Shown here piece after piece: positions 21,844 through 30,835 of a DNA stretch of 64,000 bases. A program made the translations under genes and the position numbers. The stretch comes from Longimicrobiales bacterium (GTDB lineage Bacteria > Gemmatimonadota > Gemmatimonadetes > Longimicrobiales > Gaopeijiaceae), in contig OZ242008.1 of NCBI GenBank assembly GCA_965204735.1, positions 2,144,001 to 2,208,000 of the forward strand. The letters are read 5' to 3'. The notes under the pieces were generated by a model. It saw only the letters and a list, made by a program, of their open reading frames with translations, made no database searches and was not told the DNA's origin. The first letter of the stretch is position 1; each line of letters opens with the position of its first letter.

Positions 21844-22122
21844 TTATCGGCAACTTAGCGGCAACGCCAGCGTCAAGGCGGGAGCCGAAAGAATCGGGGC
21901 GTCCTCGCCAGCACGCCGGGCAAGGAAGGGACCCGTCCCGAACTTCCTGGCGCCCTCGTCAACGGCTGCCTCGTACGTGTCAAAGTGTCCGACGAGGGCG
22001 TCACCGCGAACGAGCAGGTACCGACCGGGATAGCGTTCGGCGAACCTCTCGCGGTTCCGATCGAAGAAGGCGATCTCGGTCGCCAGCAACCTCGCTTCGG
22101 ATCCTTCTCCCTCAGTGCTCAT
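21844..22122 (-). CDS. Small hypothetical protein, DUF5678-like
   Basis: 92 aa: EIAFFDRNRERFAERYPGRYLLVRGDALVGHFDTYEAAVDEGARKFG. GGAGGAG RBS upstream. Confidence 0.65.
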   Translation of the reverse strand: MSTEGEGSEARLLATEIAFFDRNRERFAERYPGRYLLVRGDALVGHFDTYEAAVDEGARKFGTGPFLARRAGEDAPILSAPALTLALPLSCR

Positions 22123-22182
22123 TCAACTCCTCCTCCGCCGTGTCCGTCGGAGCCCGCCACGCTCGCCGGCGGTTGCGAGACC

Positions 22183-23388
22183 TCACGAGCGAGCGTACCG
22201 CCGGGCCACGTACCCGTCCAGGATTTCCTTGAACTCCTCCACGATGCGGTCCCCCTTCAGGGTCCGCAGGTGGGCGCCGTCGGCGTAGACCGGGGCCTTG
22301 GGCGCCTCGGAGTTCCCGGGCAGCGAGATGCCCAGGTCGGCGTGCTTGGATTCGCCGGGGCCGTTCACCACGCAACCCATCACGGCCACTTTCAGGTCCT
22401 CCACGCCCGGGTAGAGGCGCCTCCACTCGGGCATCCGCTCCCGGATGTGGCCCTGGACGTCCTCCGTCATCTCCTGGAAGAACGTGCTGGTGGTGCGTCC
22501 GCAGCCGGGGCACGCCGTGACCTGGGGTTCGAAGCTGCGTATCTCCAGCGACTGTAGGATCTGCTGGGCGACCCGGACCTCCTCCGCACGGTCTCCGCCG
22601 GGGCGAGGCGTGAGGGAGACTCGGATCGTGTCGCCGATCCCGTCCATGAGGAGAGGCGAGAGAGCGGCGGCTGTGGCGACGATCCCCTTCGAGCCCATCC
22701 CGGCCTCCGTGAGGCCCAAGTGGAGGGCGTGGTCCCGCAGAGGGGCGAGCTGCCGGTAGACGGCGATCAGCTCCCGCACTCCCGACACCTTGGCACTGAG
22801 CACGATCTGGTTCGGGGACAAGCCCGTCTCGACGGCCAGGTCGGCAGAGCGAACCGCGCTCTCGACGATGGCGTCCCGGAGCACGTCCCCCGCGTCCTTC
22901 GGGTTCTCGCGGCGTCCGTTGGCGTCCATCATCTCGGTGAGGAGCCGCTGGTCGAGCGAGCCCCAGTTGACCCCGATGCGGACCGCCTTGCCGTTCTCGA
23001 CGGCGATTCGGACGATCGACTGGAAGTTCTCGTCCCGGCGGCTGGTGCCCACGTTGCCCGGGTTGATCCGGTACTTGGCCAGGAGCGCCGCCGTCCGGGG
23101 GTAGTCGCGCAGCAGGATGTGGCCGTTGTAGTGGAAGTCGCCCACCAGGGGAACGGCGCATCCGGCGTCGGCGAGGCGCTCGAAGAGTTCCGGGACGGCG
23201 GCTGCGGCCTGCTTGTTGTTGACGGTGACGCGGACCAGCTCGCTGCCCGCCTCCGCCAGCTGCTGGACCTGGCTGGCGGTGGCGGCCGGGTCCGCCGTGT
23301 CCGTGTTGGTCATGGACTGGACGACGACGGGGGCGTCGCCGCCCACGATCACGCCGCCGACGTCCGCTGCGCGGGTCTGTCTTGGCAA
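22183..23388 (-). CDS. ispG: 4-hydroxy-3-methylbut-2-en-1-yl diphosphate synthase
   Basis: [66 protein letters not shown]. Confidence 0.97.
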   Translation of the reverse strand: MPRQTRAADVGGVIVGGDAPVVVQSMTNTDTADPAATASQVQQLAEAGSELVRVTVNNKQAAAAVPELFERLADAGCAVPLVGDFHYNGHILLRDYPRTAALLAKYRINPGNVGTSRRDENFQSIVRIAVENGKAVRIGVNWGSLDQRLLTEMMDANGRRENPKDAGDVLRDAIVESAVRSADLAVETGLSPNQIVLSAKVSGVRELIAVYRQLAPLRDHALHLGLTEAGMGSKGIVATAAALSPLLMDGIGDTIRVSLTPRPGGDRAEEVRVAQQILQSLEIRSFEPQVTACPGCGRTTSTFFQEMTEDVQGHIRERMPEWRRLYPGVEDLKVAVMGCVVNGPGESKHADLGISLPGNSEAPKAPVYADGAHLRTLKGDRIVEEFKEILDGYVARRYARS

Positions 23389-23395
23389 GTGTCGG

Positions 23396-23542
23396 CTCCG
23401 TTCGCTGCCGCTCCACGGAGGGGGTGGGATTGCCCCCAAGGGGGCTGTCTCCGCAGGCCGCCGCAAGCGGCGCCCGCTTCGGCTCGAACACGTTCGAACC
23501 CCAACCCTCCGTTCGCTGTCGCTCCACGGAGGGGGTGGGATT
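23396..23542. repeat. tRNA-linked repeat: 36-bp direct repeat of the tRNA 3' end plus flank, with an inverted copy of the 3' end between
   Basis: ctccgttcgctg(c/t)cgctccacggagggggtgggatt at 23396-23431 and 23507-23542 (1 mismatch). gttcgaaccccaaccctccgt (23492-23512) is an imperfect inverse of 23526-23547. Confidence 0.85.
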
Positions 23543-23613
23543 CGAACCCACGTGTCCGTTTGGCGGACGCCGGTTTTCAAGACCGGTGCATTGAGCCGCT
23601 CTGCCACCCCTCC
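23527..23613 (-). tRNA. tRNA-Ser (anticodon TGA), CCA not encoded
   Basis: GGAGGGGTGGCAGAGCGGCTCAATGCACCGGTCTTGAAAACCGGCGTCCGCCAAACGGACACGTGGGTTCGAATCCCACCCCCTCCG: acceptor stem, anticodon arm CCGGT-CTTGAAA-ACCGG, long variable arm, TTCGA T-loop. Confidence 0.97.
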
Positions 23614-23684
23614 TTCGGCAAACAAGAAGATGGCCATGGAGGCGGGAAGCTTCAAGGCGAGGCGCGCGCCGGAGCAGCCAGCCT

Positions 23685-25397
23685 TCAGTGGCGGAACAGC
23701 CTGCGTCCCGTGAAGACCATGGCGATATCGTGCTCGTCGGCCGCCTCGACGACCTCGCGGTCGCGCACGGAGCCCCCAGGCTGGACAATCGCGCGGGCGC
23801 CCGCCGCAGCAGCCGCATCCACGCCGTCGCGGAAGGGGAAGAAGGCGTCGGAGGCCATGGCCGCGCCCTGCAGCTCGGCAGCGAGGCCGGCTTCCCGGGC
23901 CTTGGCGACGGCGATCCGGGACGAGTCCACGCGGCTGGTCTGGCCGCCGCCGATCCCGACGGTGGCGCAGTCCTTCGCCAGCAGGACGGCGTTGGACTTG
24001 ACGCTGGCCACCGACGCCCACGCGAAGGAGAGGTCGCGCGCCTCGCGGGAGGTCGGGGAGCGGCGGGTGACCACCTTCCACCGGGGCGACGGGCCGTGGA
24101 AGGGCGGCGCCATGGCGGACTGGGCCAGCGCCCCGCCGTAGACGGACCTGATCGTCGGCAGGCCGGGGGCGGCGCCGGAGCCGGCACGGGCCAGGAAGCG
24201 CGCCCCTGCGCGCACGAGCTCGCCGGCCTCCTGCCACCACCTGGCGTCGGCGGGCTCGGCCGGGTGGGGCTCGGCGGGCTCGGCCCGAGCCGGGAACTCC
24301 AGCAGGCGCAGGTTCTTCTTGGCGGCAAGAACTTCTCTCGCCTCCGAGGTGAAGGCGGGAGCTACGACGCACTCCACGAAGATCCCAGCGACGGCGGACG
24401 CCGTCTCGCGGTCCACCGCGCGGTTGGTCGCGATCACCGAGCCGAACGCCGACACCGGGTCCGTGTCCCGGGCGCGGGCGAACGCCTCGGCCAGAGTGGG
24501 GCGCAGCGCCAAGCCGCACGGCGCCGTGTGCTTGACGACGCACGCCGCCGGCTCCCGGGCGAAGGCGAAGGGGGCAAGGGCGAGGAGCGCCCCGTCCAAG
24601 TCCAGCAGGTTGTTGTACGAGAGCTCCTTGCCCTGGAGCTGGACGAGCGCGGCCAGGCCGGTGGGCGCGCCGGCAGTCCCGTTGTTCCCCGCCCCGGCGC
24701 CCGCGGGCACGTAGAAGGCGGCCGCCTGGTCTGGGTTCTCGCCGTAGCGGAGGGTCCCGCTGCGCTGGAGCGCCAAGTCGATCCGGGAGGCGCCGGGCCG
24801 CGAATCGACCGCCAGGTACTCCGCCACGGCTGCGTCGTAGGACGAGATCTCCAGGAAGACCTTGGCCGCAAGCCGCTGCCGCAGCGCCGCCGATTCTTGG
24901 TTGCGCTCGTCGCCGTCCGCCAGCGCCCGCAGGACTTTGCCATAGTCGGCCGGGTCCACCACCGCCCACACGTCCCGGTGGTTCTTCGCGGCCGCGCGGA
25001 GCATCGCCGGGCCGCCTATGTCCACGTTCTCCATGGCCATTTCGTGGCTCGCGCCGGGGGCGGCCACCGTCTGTCGGAAGGGGTACAGGTTGACTGCGAC
25101 CAGGTCGACGGGCCGGTAGCCGTGCCGGGCAAGCTCCTTCATGTCGTCCGGGCGCCGGCGACGGGCGAGGACGCCGGCGTGGACCGCGGGGTGCAGCGTC
25201 TTGACCCGGCCCTCCATCATCTCCGGGTGGCCCGTCGCATCGCCGACCTCCGTCGCCGGAACTCCGGCTTCCGCCAGCACGCGGGCCGTACCTCCTGTGG
25301 AGAGCACCTCCCAGCCCATCTCCGCCAGCGCCTTTCCGAAGGCGGCCGCTCCGGTCTTGTCGGAGACGCTGATCAGGGCCCGGCGCCTAGCCAACAC
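23685..25397 (-). CDS. purH: Bifunctional AICAR transformylase/IMP cyclohydrolase
   Basis: [63 protein letters not shown]; contains a Pro/Ala-rich insertion. Confidence 0.97.
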   Translation of the reverse strand: MLARRRALISVSDKTGAAAFGKALAEMGWEVLSTGGTARVLAEAGVPATEVGDATGHPEMMEGRVKTLHPAVHAGVLARRRRPDDMKELARHGYRPVDLVAVNLYPFRQTVAAPGASHEMAMENVDIGGPAMLRAAAKNHRDVWAVVDPADYGKVLRALADGDERNQESAALRQRLAAKVFLEISSYDAAVAEYLAVDSRPGASRIDLALQRSGTLRYGENPDQAAAFYVPAGAGAGNNGTAGAPTGLAALVQLQGKELSYNNLLDLDGALLALAPFAFAREPAACVVKHTAPCGLALRPTLAEAFARARDTDPVSAFGSVIATNRAVDRETASAVAGIFVECVVAPAFTSEAREVLAAKKNLRLLEFPARAEPAEPHPAEPADARWWQEAGELVRAGARFLARAGSGAAPGLPTIRSVYGGALAQSAMAPPFHGPSPRWKVVTRRSPTSREARDLSFAWASVASVKSNAVLLAKDCATVGIGGGQTSRVDSSRIAVAKAREAGLAAELQGAAMASDAFFPFRDGVDAAAAAGARAIVQPGGSVRDREVVEAADEHDIAMVFTGRRLFRH

Positions 25398-26148
25398 CGC
25401 CCCCGAAGGCTTCCGCCACCAGCCGTCGAAGGTCGTCGTCGTCCGGACGCCGATTCGCAGGGAAGGCCTTGCCGACCGCCGGTCCAGCCCCCGACGCCGC
25501 GCCGAGACCCCGTCCCGGCCACCGAAAGTGCGGCGCCGACCCCGAGACGATCCCGCGGGCCAGCGCGTCGGCAGCTTCCGGGTAGAGGGCGTGCTCCACT
25601 TCGAGCACCCGGGCGGCCAGGGCGGCGGGCGTGTCGCCAGGAAGCACCGGCACCGGCCACTGGGCCACGATCTCGCCGTCGTCGTAGCGCTCGTTCACGT
25701 AGTGGACCGTGGGTCCGGAGAGCTTGGCACCGGCGCGCAACACGGCTTCGTGAACCCGGGCGCCGTACATCCCCTTGCCGCCGAACGACGGAAGCAGCGC
25801 CGGGTGAACGTTCAGCGCCCTGCCCCGGTAGGCCTGGCAGACGGGGGCGGGCAACAGCTGGACGAAGCCGGCCAAGAGGATCGCCTGCGCGCCAGCCCCT
25901 TCCAGGGCCGCCAGCACTTGGGCGGTCGGATCGCCGCTGGCGCCCGAGTCGTCAAAGCCCACCCGGCGAACCGCCTTCCCCGCGGCTCGCGCGCGGCCCT
26001 CGGCGGCGCACGCCCTGTCCGTCACCAGCAGCTCGATCCGGTAGGCCGCCCCCTCCGCCTCCCGGTCGAGGAGGGATTGGAAGTTGGTGCCGGAGCCCGA
26101 GGCGAAGACGGCGACGGGGACTTGGACGGGCGAGTCGCCTCGCGTCAC
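25387..26148 (-). CDS. purN: Phosphoribosylglycinamide formyltransferase
   Basis: VAVFASGSGTNFQSL, LAGFVQLL, LNVHPALLPSFGGKGMYG, SGPTVHYV. GTG 26148 overlaps the upstream stop. Confidence 0.95.
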   Translation of the reverse strand: MTRGDSPVQVPVAVFASGSGTNFQSLLDREAEGAAYRIELLVTDRACAAEGRARAAGKAVRRVGFDDSGASGDPTAQVLAALEGAGAQAILLAGFVQLLPAPVCQAYRGRALNVHPALLPSFGGKGMYGARVHEAVLRAGAKLSGPTVHYVNERYDDGEIVAQWPVPVLPGDTPAALAARVLEVEHALYPEAADALARGIVSGSAPHFRWPGRGLGAASGAGPAVGKAFPANRRPDDDDLRRLVAEAFGGGVG

Positions 26149-26792
26149 GCGAACTGGCCGGCGTAGACCGGGGCCACGAAGGGGTTGGTGCGGGCTTCGC
26201 GACCGACGGTGGTCTCGGGTCCGTGCCCGGGGTACAGCCGGGTCTCGTGGGGAAGGACCAGCACCTGGGTGCGGATCGACTCGATGAGCGTGCGGTGGTC
26301 GCCGCCGGGCAGGTCGGTGCGACCGATCGAGCCATTGAAGATCACGTCGCCCACCAGCGCCACGGGCTCTGTCGTCGAGACGAAGATCACGTGTCCCGGC
26401 GCGTGGCCGGGGGCGAAGGCGACTCGGAACTCGGAGCCGCCGAAGGTCAGCGCGTCGCCGGCGACCAGGTCGGCATCGGGCGGCTCGGGCGGCTCGAAGG
26501 GCACGCCGAAGGCGGCGGCGCGGGCGGTCGCGTCGTCCCACAGAGGACGGTCGGCCGGGTGAAGGTGGACCGGCGCGCCCGTCTCGCGCTTGGCCAGGGC
26601 GACCCGCTCGATGTGGTCGAAGTGGGCGTGGGTGAGGAGGATCGCCTCGATGGCCAGACCCTTGGCCTTGGCCGCGGCCAGGGCCGAAGGGGCGGCGGCG
26701 CCGGGGTCCACGAGCACGGCGGAGCGGCCGTCGGCACAGGCGACCAGAAAGGTGTTCTGGGCGAAAGGGCCGCCGGTGAAGGAGAAAATCAA
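26145..26792 (-). CDS. MBL-fold metallo-hydrolase (glyoxalase II/YcbL-like)
   Basis: LLTHAHFDHI, PGHAPGH, GDVIFNGSIGRTDLPGGD, YPGHGPETT. Confidence 0.92.
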   Translation of the reverse strand: MIFSFTGGPFAQNTFLVACADGRSAVLVDPGAAAPSALAAAKAKGLAIEAILLTHAHFDHIERVALAKRETGAPVHLHPADRPLWDDATARAAAFGVPFEPPEPPDADLVAGDALTFGGSEFRVAFAPGHAPGHVIFVSTTEPVALVGDVIFNGSIGRTDLPGGDHRTLIESIRTQVLVLPHETRLYPGHGPETTVGREARTNPFVAPVYAGQFA

Positions 26793-26807
26793 GCCGCTTT
26801 GTCCTTC

Positions 26808-27137
26808 CTAGACGGTGAAGGAGCTTCCGCAGCCGCAGCCGCCCGTGGCCTGGGGGTTTTTGAAGGAGAAGCCGGAGCCCATCATCGAAGTGACGTAGTC
26901 GATCTCCAGGCCCTCCAGGTACTGGGCGCTGAAGGGGTCCACGAAGATGCGGACGCCCTGCCGCTCGAGGACTTCGTCGTCGCCTTCGGGGGCGTCGTTG
27001 ATCTCCACGCCGTACTGGAAGCCGGAGCATCCGCCGGGCAGGACCGAGACCCGCAACCCCGCCCCCGGTCGTCCCCCGTGCTCCTCGAGAAATCCCTGCA
27101 CCTTCTCGGCGGCGTGCGGGGTAAGATTCAGCTGCAT
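26808..27137 (-). CDS. Iron-sulfur cluster assembly accessory protein (HesB/IscA/ErpA family)
   Basis: LRVSVLPGGCSGFQY, IFVDPFSAQYLEG, FKNPQATGGCGCGSSF. Confidence 0.95.
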   Translation of the reverse strand: MQLNLTPHAAEKVQGFLEEHGGRPGAGLRVSVLPGGCSGFQYGVEINDAPEGDDEVLERQGVRIFVDPFSAQYLEGLEIDYVTSMMGSGFSFKNPQATGGCGCGSSFTV

Positions 27138-27192
27138 GGCCGAGCCTTCGCGCTCCGTTGGCGGGTGGCTTGCGGTTCCGTCTCCGGTCGGG

Positions 27193-27221
27193 AAGCTACC
27201 CAGCTGAAAGGGTAGGGTCAA
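27193..27221 (-). promoter_or_regulatory. Putative sigma70 promoter of the iscA-purN-purH unit with overlapping palindrome
   Basis: TTGACC-N17-TAGCTT; contains the inverted repeat CTACCC-N8-GGGTAG. Confidence 0.55.
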
Positions 27222-27480
27222 CGCTGGCCAACCGCCGCAATGTCGGACGGGCTGGAAGGTCTGGGGCGGCAGGTCGAGGGGCGGAGGCATGGGAGTTGCG
27301 GCCCAAGCGAGCCGTGCCCGACCCACTCGCTCGCACCCTGGATCGCAACCGCAAAATAGGCCGATCCAGCTATCCAAACGCCCATTTCCCGGGTGCATAC
27401 TGCTTCTGGACCGGCCATTCCCCGGCCTCGGAGCGCCCTCGCCCGGCCTCCGCGAACCCCCGCGCTCAAGGAGGCCCCCG

Positions 27481-28476
27481 TTGCCCGACTCCCCCATCCA
27501 CAACCCCCGCTCCCCGCGCCGCAAGCACGACGAAGTCTACAAGTTCTTCTTCTCCCAGACCCCCACCATCGCCGAAGTCCTCGAAGACTACGTCGCCCCC
27601 GACTGCGTCGACCAACTCGACCTCGCCACGCCGCGCAAGCTCACGCCCGAGCGCGTCGGCTCCCAGCTCGCCCGCCGACAGGCCGACATGCTCTGGCGCA
27701 TCGACTTCCGCCACCAGCCCGGCTTCATGGTCCTGCTCCTCGAATTCCAGTCCCAGATCGACCCCTCCATGGGCGCCCGCGTCCTGCGCTACGTCGCCGA
27801 CACCTACGAGGACCTGATCCGCGAGAAGCAGCCCGGCGGCGACCCCCGCCTGCCCCCCGTCGTCGCCTGCGTCGTCTACAACGGCGGCCGCCGGTGGCAC
27901 GCGCCCCTCGACATGGCCGAGCTGATCTCGCCTACGCTGGCGCAGCTCCGGGACCGCTCGGTCCAGTTGCCGTACCAAGTGCTTGACATGCGGGCTCCGC
28001 CCAGGCGAAGCTTGCGGAAGCGGCGCATCCTGACTTGGTTGCGGGAACTCGAGCGGGAAGGCGGCACGGTGGAGAAGGTCCGAGCCGTGCTGGGCGAGGT
28101 GTTGGAGGCGTACCCGGGTCCCGAGCACGCTCGGATCGCCGAGGCGTTCAAGCTGTGGACGGTGGGCGCGGCCCGAAGGTGGGGCGGCTCGAAAGAGGAA
28201 CTGTCGAAGATCACCACTTTGTCGGAGGCGAGAGAGATGTACACGCTGATCGAAGAAGAGATGGCAAGGTTGCGGGACGAAGGCCGCCGGGAGGGCCATC
28301 GGGAAGCGCGGCTCCGGCTGGAGCGCCAGGTGGCCAAGAAGTTCGGCGCGGCCGCGGCCGTGCAGTTGTCGGGCCTGATCGGTGGCATGGACGGACGCGA
28401 CGAGTTGGACGCGGCGGCGGATGCCGTCATCGAGTGCGACTCGGTCGCGGAGCTGCTGGCCCGACTCGCGAACTAG
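27481..28476 (+). CDS. Rpn family recombination-promoting nuclease/putative transposase (YhgA-like), copy 1
   Basis: HDEVYKFFFS, RRQADMLWRI, LLLEFQS...SMGARVLRY, LPPVVACVVYNG, EGRREG, KKFG C-terminus. AAGGAGG RBS before TTG 27481. Confidence 0.9.
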   Translation: MPDSPIHNPRSPRRKHDEVYKFFFSQTPTIAEVLEDYVAPDCVDQLDLATPRKLTPERVGSQLARRQADMLWRIDFRHQPGFMVLLLEFQSQIDPSMGARVLRYVADTYEDLIREKQPGGDPRLPPVVACVVYNGGRRWHAPLDMAELISPTLAQLRDRSVQLPYQVLDMRAPPRRSLRKRRILTWLRELEREGGTVEKVRAVLGEVLEAYPGPEHARIAEAFKLWTVGAARRWGGSKEELSKITTLSEAREMYTLIEEEMARLRDEGRREGHREARLRLERQVAKKFGAAAAVQLSGLIGGMDGRDELDAAADAVIECDSVAELLARLAN

Positions 28477-28694
28477 CCCTAGCGAGCCGCGGCACCTCGC
28501 GACGGCGGGGGTTGGGCTAGCGCCAGCCGCGAAGAATCGGTTGCAGCCCTCTTCGACCCCCGGGTCGCTCCGACGCCCCCGTGCGCCCAAGTGCGCTCCA
28601 CCCTGCCAGGAACGCCTGTGGGCAGCGGCTTCCTGCGGGGCGACCGTCGGGGCGGCGTTTGATTTCCTGCCCCGAGCGGGTGCTGGGGCGTCCT

Positions 28695-28985
28695 CCACTC
28701 CAGCACGATCTTGCCGAAGTTCAAGTTGGCTTCCATGCGCTCGTGGGAGTCTGCTACTTGGTCCGCCGGGAAGACGCGACCGCCGCTTGGTTCCGCGCCA
28801 AGTACGGTCCATCCCCGTGGGCGCCGCCACGGCCACGGTCTCCTCCGACTCGCCGGCCGGAGGCGGGTAGAGCCCCCGTCGCTGGAGCAGGTCCGCCCGG
28901 TTGACTCCCGACGCCGCCACGCGCACCACGATCTCGCCGGTGCCCGGCATGGGGTCGGGCCTGGAGGGGGCGTTGGGCGACGATC
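28695..28985 (-). pseudogene. Remnant of NAD(P)H-quinone oxidoreductase (PIG3/Qor family) with large internal deletion
   Basis: N-terminal PDPMPGTGEIVVRVAASGVNRADLLQRRGLYPPPAGES lies about 60 nt from C-terminal RVFPADQVADSHERMEANLNFGKIVLEW, in different frames. Confidence 0.8.
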
Positions 28986-29202
28986 GCAGCGAGGGCGGCC
29001 GGCCGCTGGAGAACCGGAGTTCCTGCGGTCAGCGTGCACTGGAGCCTCCGCATTCGGGCGTGCAAGCGAAATAGGCCGATCCAGCTATCCAAACGCCCAT
29101 TCTCCGGACGCATACTGCTTCTGGACCGCCATTCCCCGGCCCCGGAGCGCCCTCCCCCGGCCTCCGCGAACCCGCGAACCCCCGCGCTCAAGGAGGCCCC
29201 CG

Positions 29203-30210
29203 TTGCCCGACTCCCCCATCCACAACCCCCGCTCCCCGCGCCGCAAGCACGACGAAGTCTACAAGTTCTTCTTCTCCCAGACCCCTACCATCGCCGAAGT
29301 CCTCGAAGACTACGTCGCCCCCGACTGCGTCGACCAACTCGACCTCGCCACGCCGCGCAAGCTCACGCCCGAGCGTGTCGGCTCCCAGCTCGCCCGCCGA
29401 CAGGCCGACATGCTCTGGCGCATCGACTTCCGCCACCAGCCCGGCTTCATGATCCTGCTCCTCGAGTTCCAGTCCCGGATCGACCCCTCCATGGGCGCCC
29501 GCGTCCTGCGCTACGTCGCCGACACCTACGAGGACCTGATCCGCGAGAAGCAGCCCGGCGGCGACCTCCGCCTGCCCCCCGTCGTCGCCTGCGTCGTCTA
29601 CAACGGCCGCCGCCGGTGGCACGCGCCCCTCGACATGGCCGAGCTGATCTCGCCTACGCTGGCGCAGCTCCGGGACCGCTCGGTCCAGTTGCCCTACCAA
29701 GTGCTTGACATGCGGGCGCCGCCCAGGCGAAGCTTGCGGAAGCGGCGCATCCTGACTTGGTTGCGGGAACTCGAGCGGGAAGGCGGCACGGTGGAGAAGG
29801 TCCGAGCCGTGCTGGGCGAGGTGTTGGAGGCGTACCCGGGTCCCGAGCACGCTCGGGTCGCCGAGGCGTTCAAGCTGTGGACGGTGGGCGCGGCCCGAAG
29901 GTGGGGCGGCTCGAAAGAGGAACTGTCGAAGATCACCACTTTGTCGGAGGCGAGAGAGATGTACACGCTGATCGAAGAAGAGATGGCAAGGTTGCGGGAC
30001 GAAGGCCGCCGGAGGGGCCGCCGGGAGGGCCATCGGGAAGCGCGGCTCCGGCTGGAGCGCCAGGTGGCCAAGAAGTTCGGCGCGGCCGCGGCCGTGCAGT
30101 TGTCGGGCCTGATCGGTGGCATGGACGGACGCGACGAGTTGGACGCGGCGGCGGATGCCGTCATCGAGTGCGACTCGGTCGCGGAGCTGCTGGCCCGACT
30201 CGCGAACTAG
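29203..30210 (+). CDS. Rpn family nuclease, copy 2
   Basis: Same motifs as copy 1; five amino-acid substitutions and a 4-aa (RRGR) expansion in the EG repeat. Confidence 0.9.
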   Translation: MPDSPIHNPRSPRRKHDEVYKFFFSQTPTIAEVLEDYVAPDCVDQLDLATPRKLTPERVGSQLARRQADMLWRIDFRHQPGFMILLLEFQSRIDPSMGARVLRYVADTYEDLIREKQPGGDLRLPPVVACVVYNGRRRWHAPLDMAELISPTLAQLRDRSVQLPYQVLDMRAPPRRSLRKRRILTWLRELEREGGTVEKVRAVLGEVLEAYPGPEHARVAEAFKLWTVGAARRWGGSKEELSKITTLSEAREMYTLIEEEMARLRDEGRRRGRREGHREARLRLERQVAKKFGAAAAVQLSGLIGGMDGRDELDAAADAVIECDSVAELLARLAN

Positions 30211-30250
30211 CGACCAGCAAGTTGGCGGTACTTGCGAGTCTGCCGGGGCG

Positions 30251-30835
30251 TCAGGGGGCTTGGCGGGGAGAGGCGGCGCGGCCCTCCAGCGCGGCCACCA
30301 GCTCGGCCGCCGCGGCCAAGTCGTCGGCTACCAGGTGTTCCGGCGGCAGAGTGGGCTCCACTTCCCGGCCCCAGCCCGTGCGGACCAGGATGCCGGTGCC
30401 GTCGAGCGCCCGGGCGGGCTCCACGTCGCTCGCCTTGTCGCCTACGCAGTAGGAGCCGCGAACGACGAGCCCCAGGTCGCGGGCGGCGGTGCGGTGCATC
30501 AGCGTGCTGGGCTTCCGGCAGGTGGTCGCCGGATCGCCGCCGGGGGCGTCGGGGCAGAAGTAGACGCCGTCCATGACCACGTGGGCACGGGCCAGTTGCC
30601 GCTCCACTTCGGCGGCCACGCGGCGGTAGTCGTCCACTCCGTAGAGTCCGCGCCCGATCCCGGACTGGTTGGTGACCAGGACCAGGGCGAAGCCCATCTC
30701 CCCAAGCCGCAGAAGGGCGTCGGTCGCCCCTGGGATCAGGGAGACGCCGGCCGGGTCCGAGAGGTAGTGGCGCTCCTCGATGATCGTCCCGTCTCGGTCG
30801 ACGAAGACGGCGCGACGGGGCTTCGGCGGCGTCAC
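30251..30835 (-). CDS. gmhB: HAD-IIIA phosphatase, D-glycero-D-manno-heptose-1,7-bisphosphate phosphatase-like
   Basis: VFVDRDGTII, LVTNQSGIGRG, YFCP, CRKPS, VGDKASDV. Confidence 0.8.
   Translation of the reverse strand: MTPPKPRRAVFVDRDGTIIEERHYLSDPAGVSLIPGATDALLRLGEMGFALVLVTNQSGIGRGLYGVDDYRRVAAEVERQLARAHVVMDGVYFCPDAPGGDPATTCRKPSTLMHRTAARDLGLVVRGSYCVGDKASDVEPARALDGTGILVRTGWGREVEPTLPPEHLVADDLAAAAELVAALEGRAASPRQAP

Larger units (their letters stand above)
27354..30210 (+). repeat. Two ~1.1-kb direct repeats (27354-28476 and 29069-30210), each an rpn gene plus ~130 bp of upstream DNA
   Basis: Both begin aaataggccgatccagctatccaaacgcccatt and end at the rpn stop gcgaactag. Coding parts are nearly identical. 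Confidence 0.92.

Noticed and set aside
23396..23542. Prophage or integrative element at tRNA-Ser
   Set aside because: The direct repeats are only 111 bp apart, with no integrase or cargo.
27354..30210. Composite transposon bounded by IS copies
   Set aside because: No terminal inverted repeats or target-site duplication seen; Rpn proteins are not demonstrated transposases.
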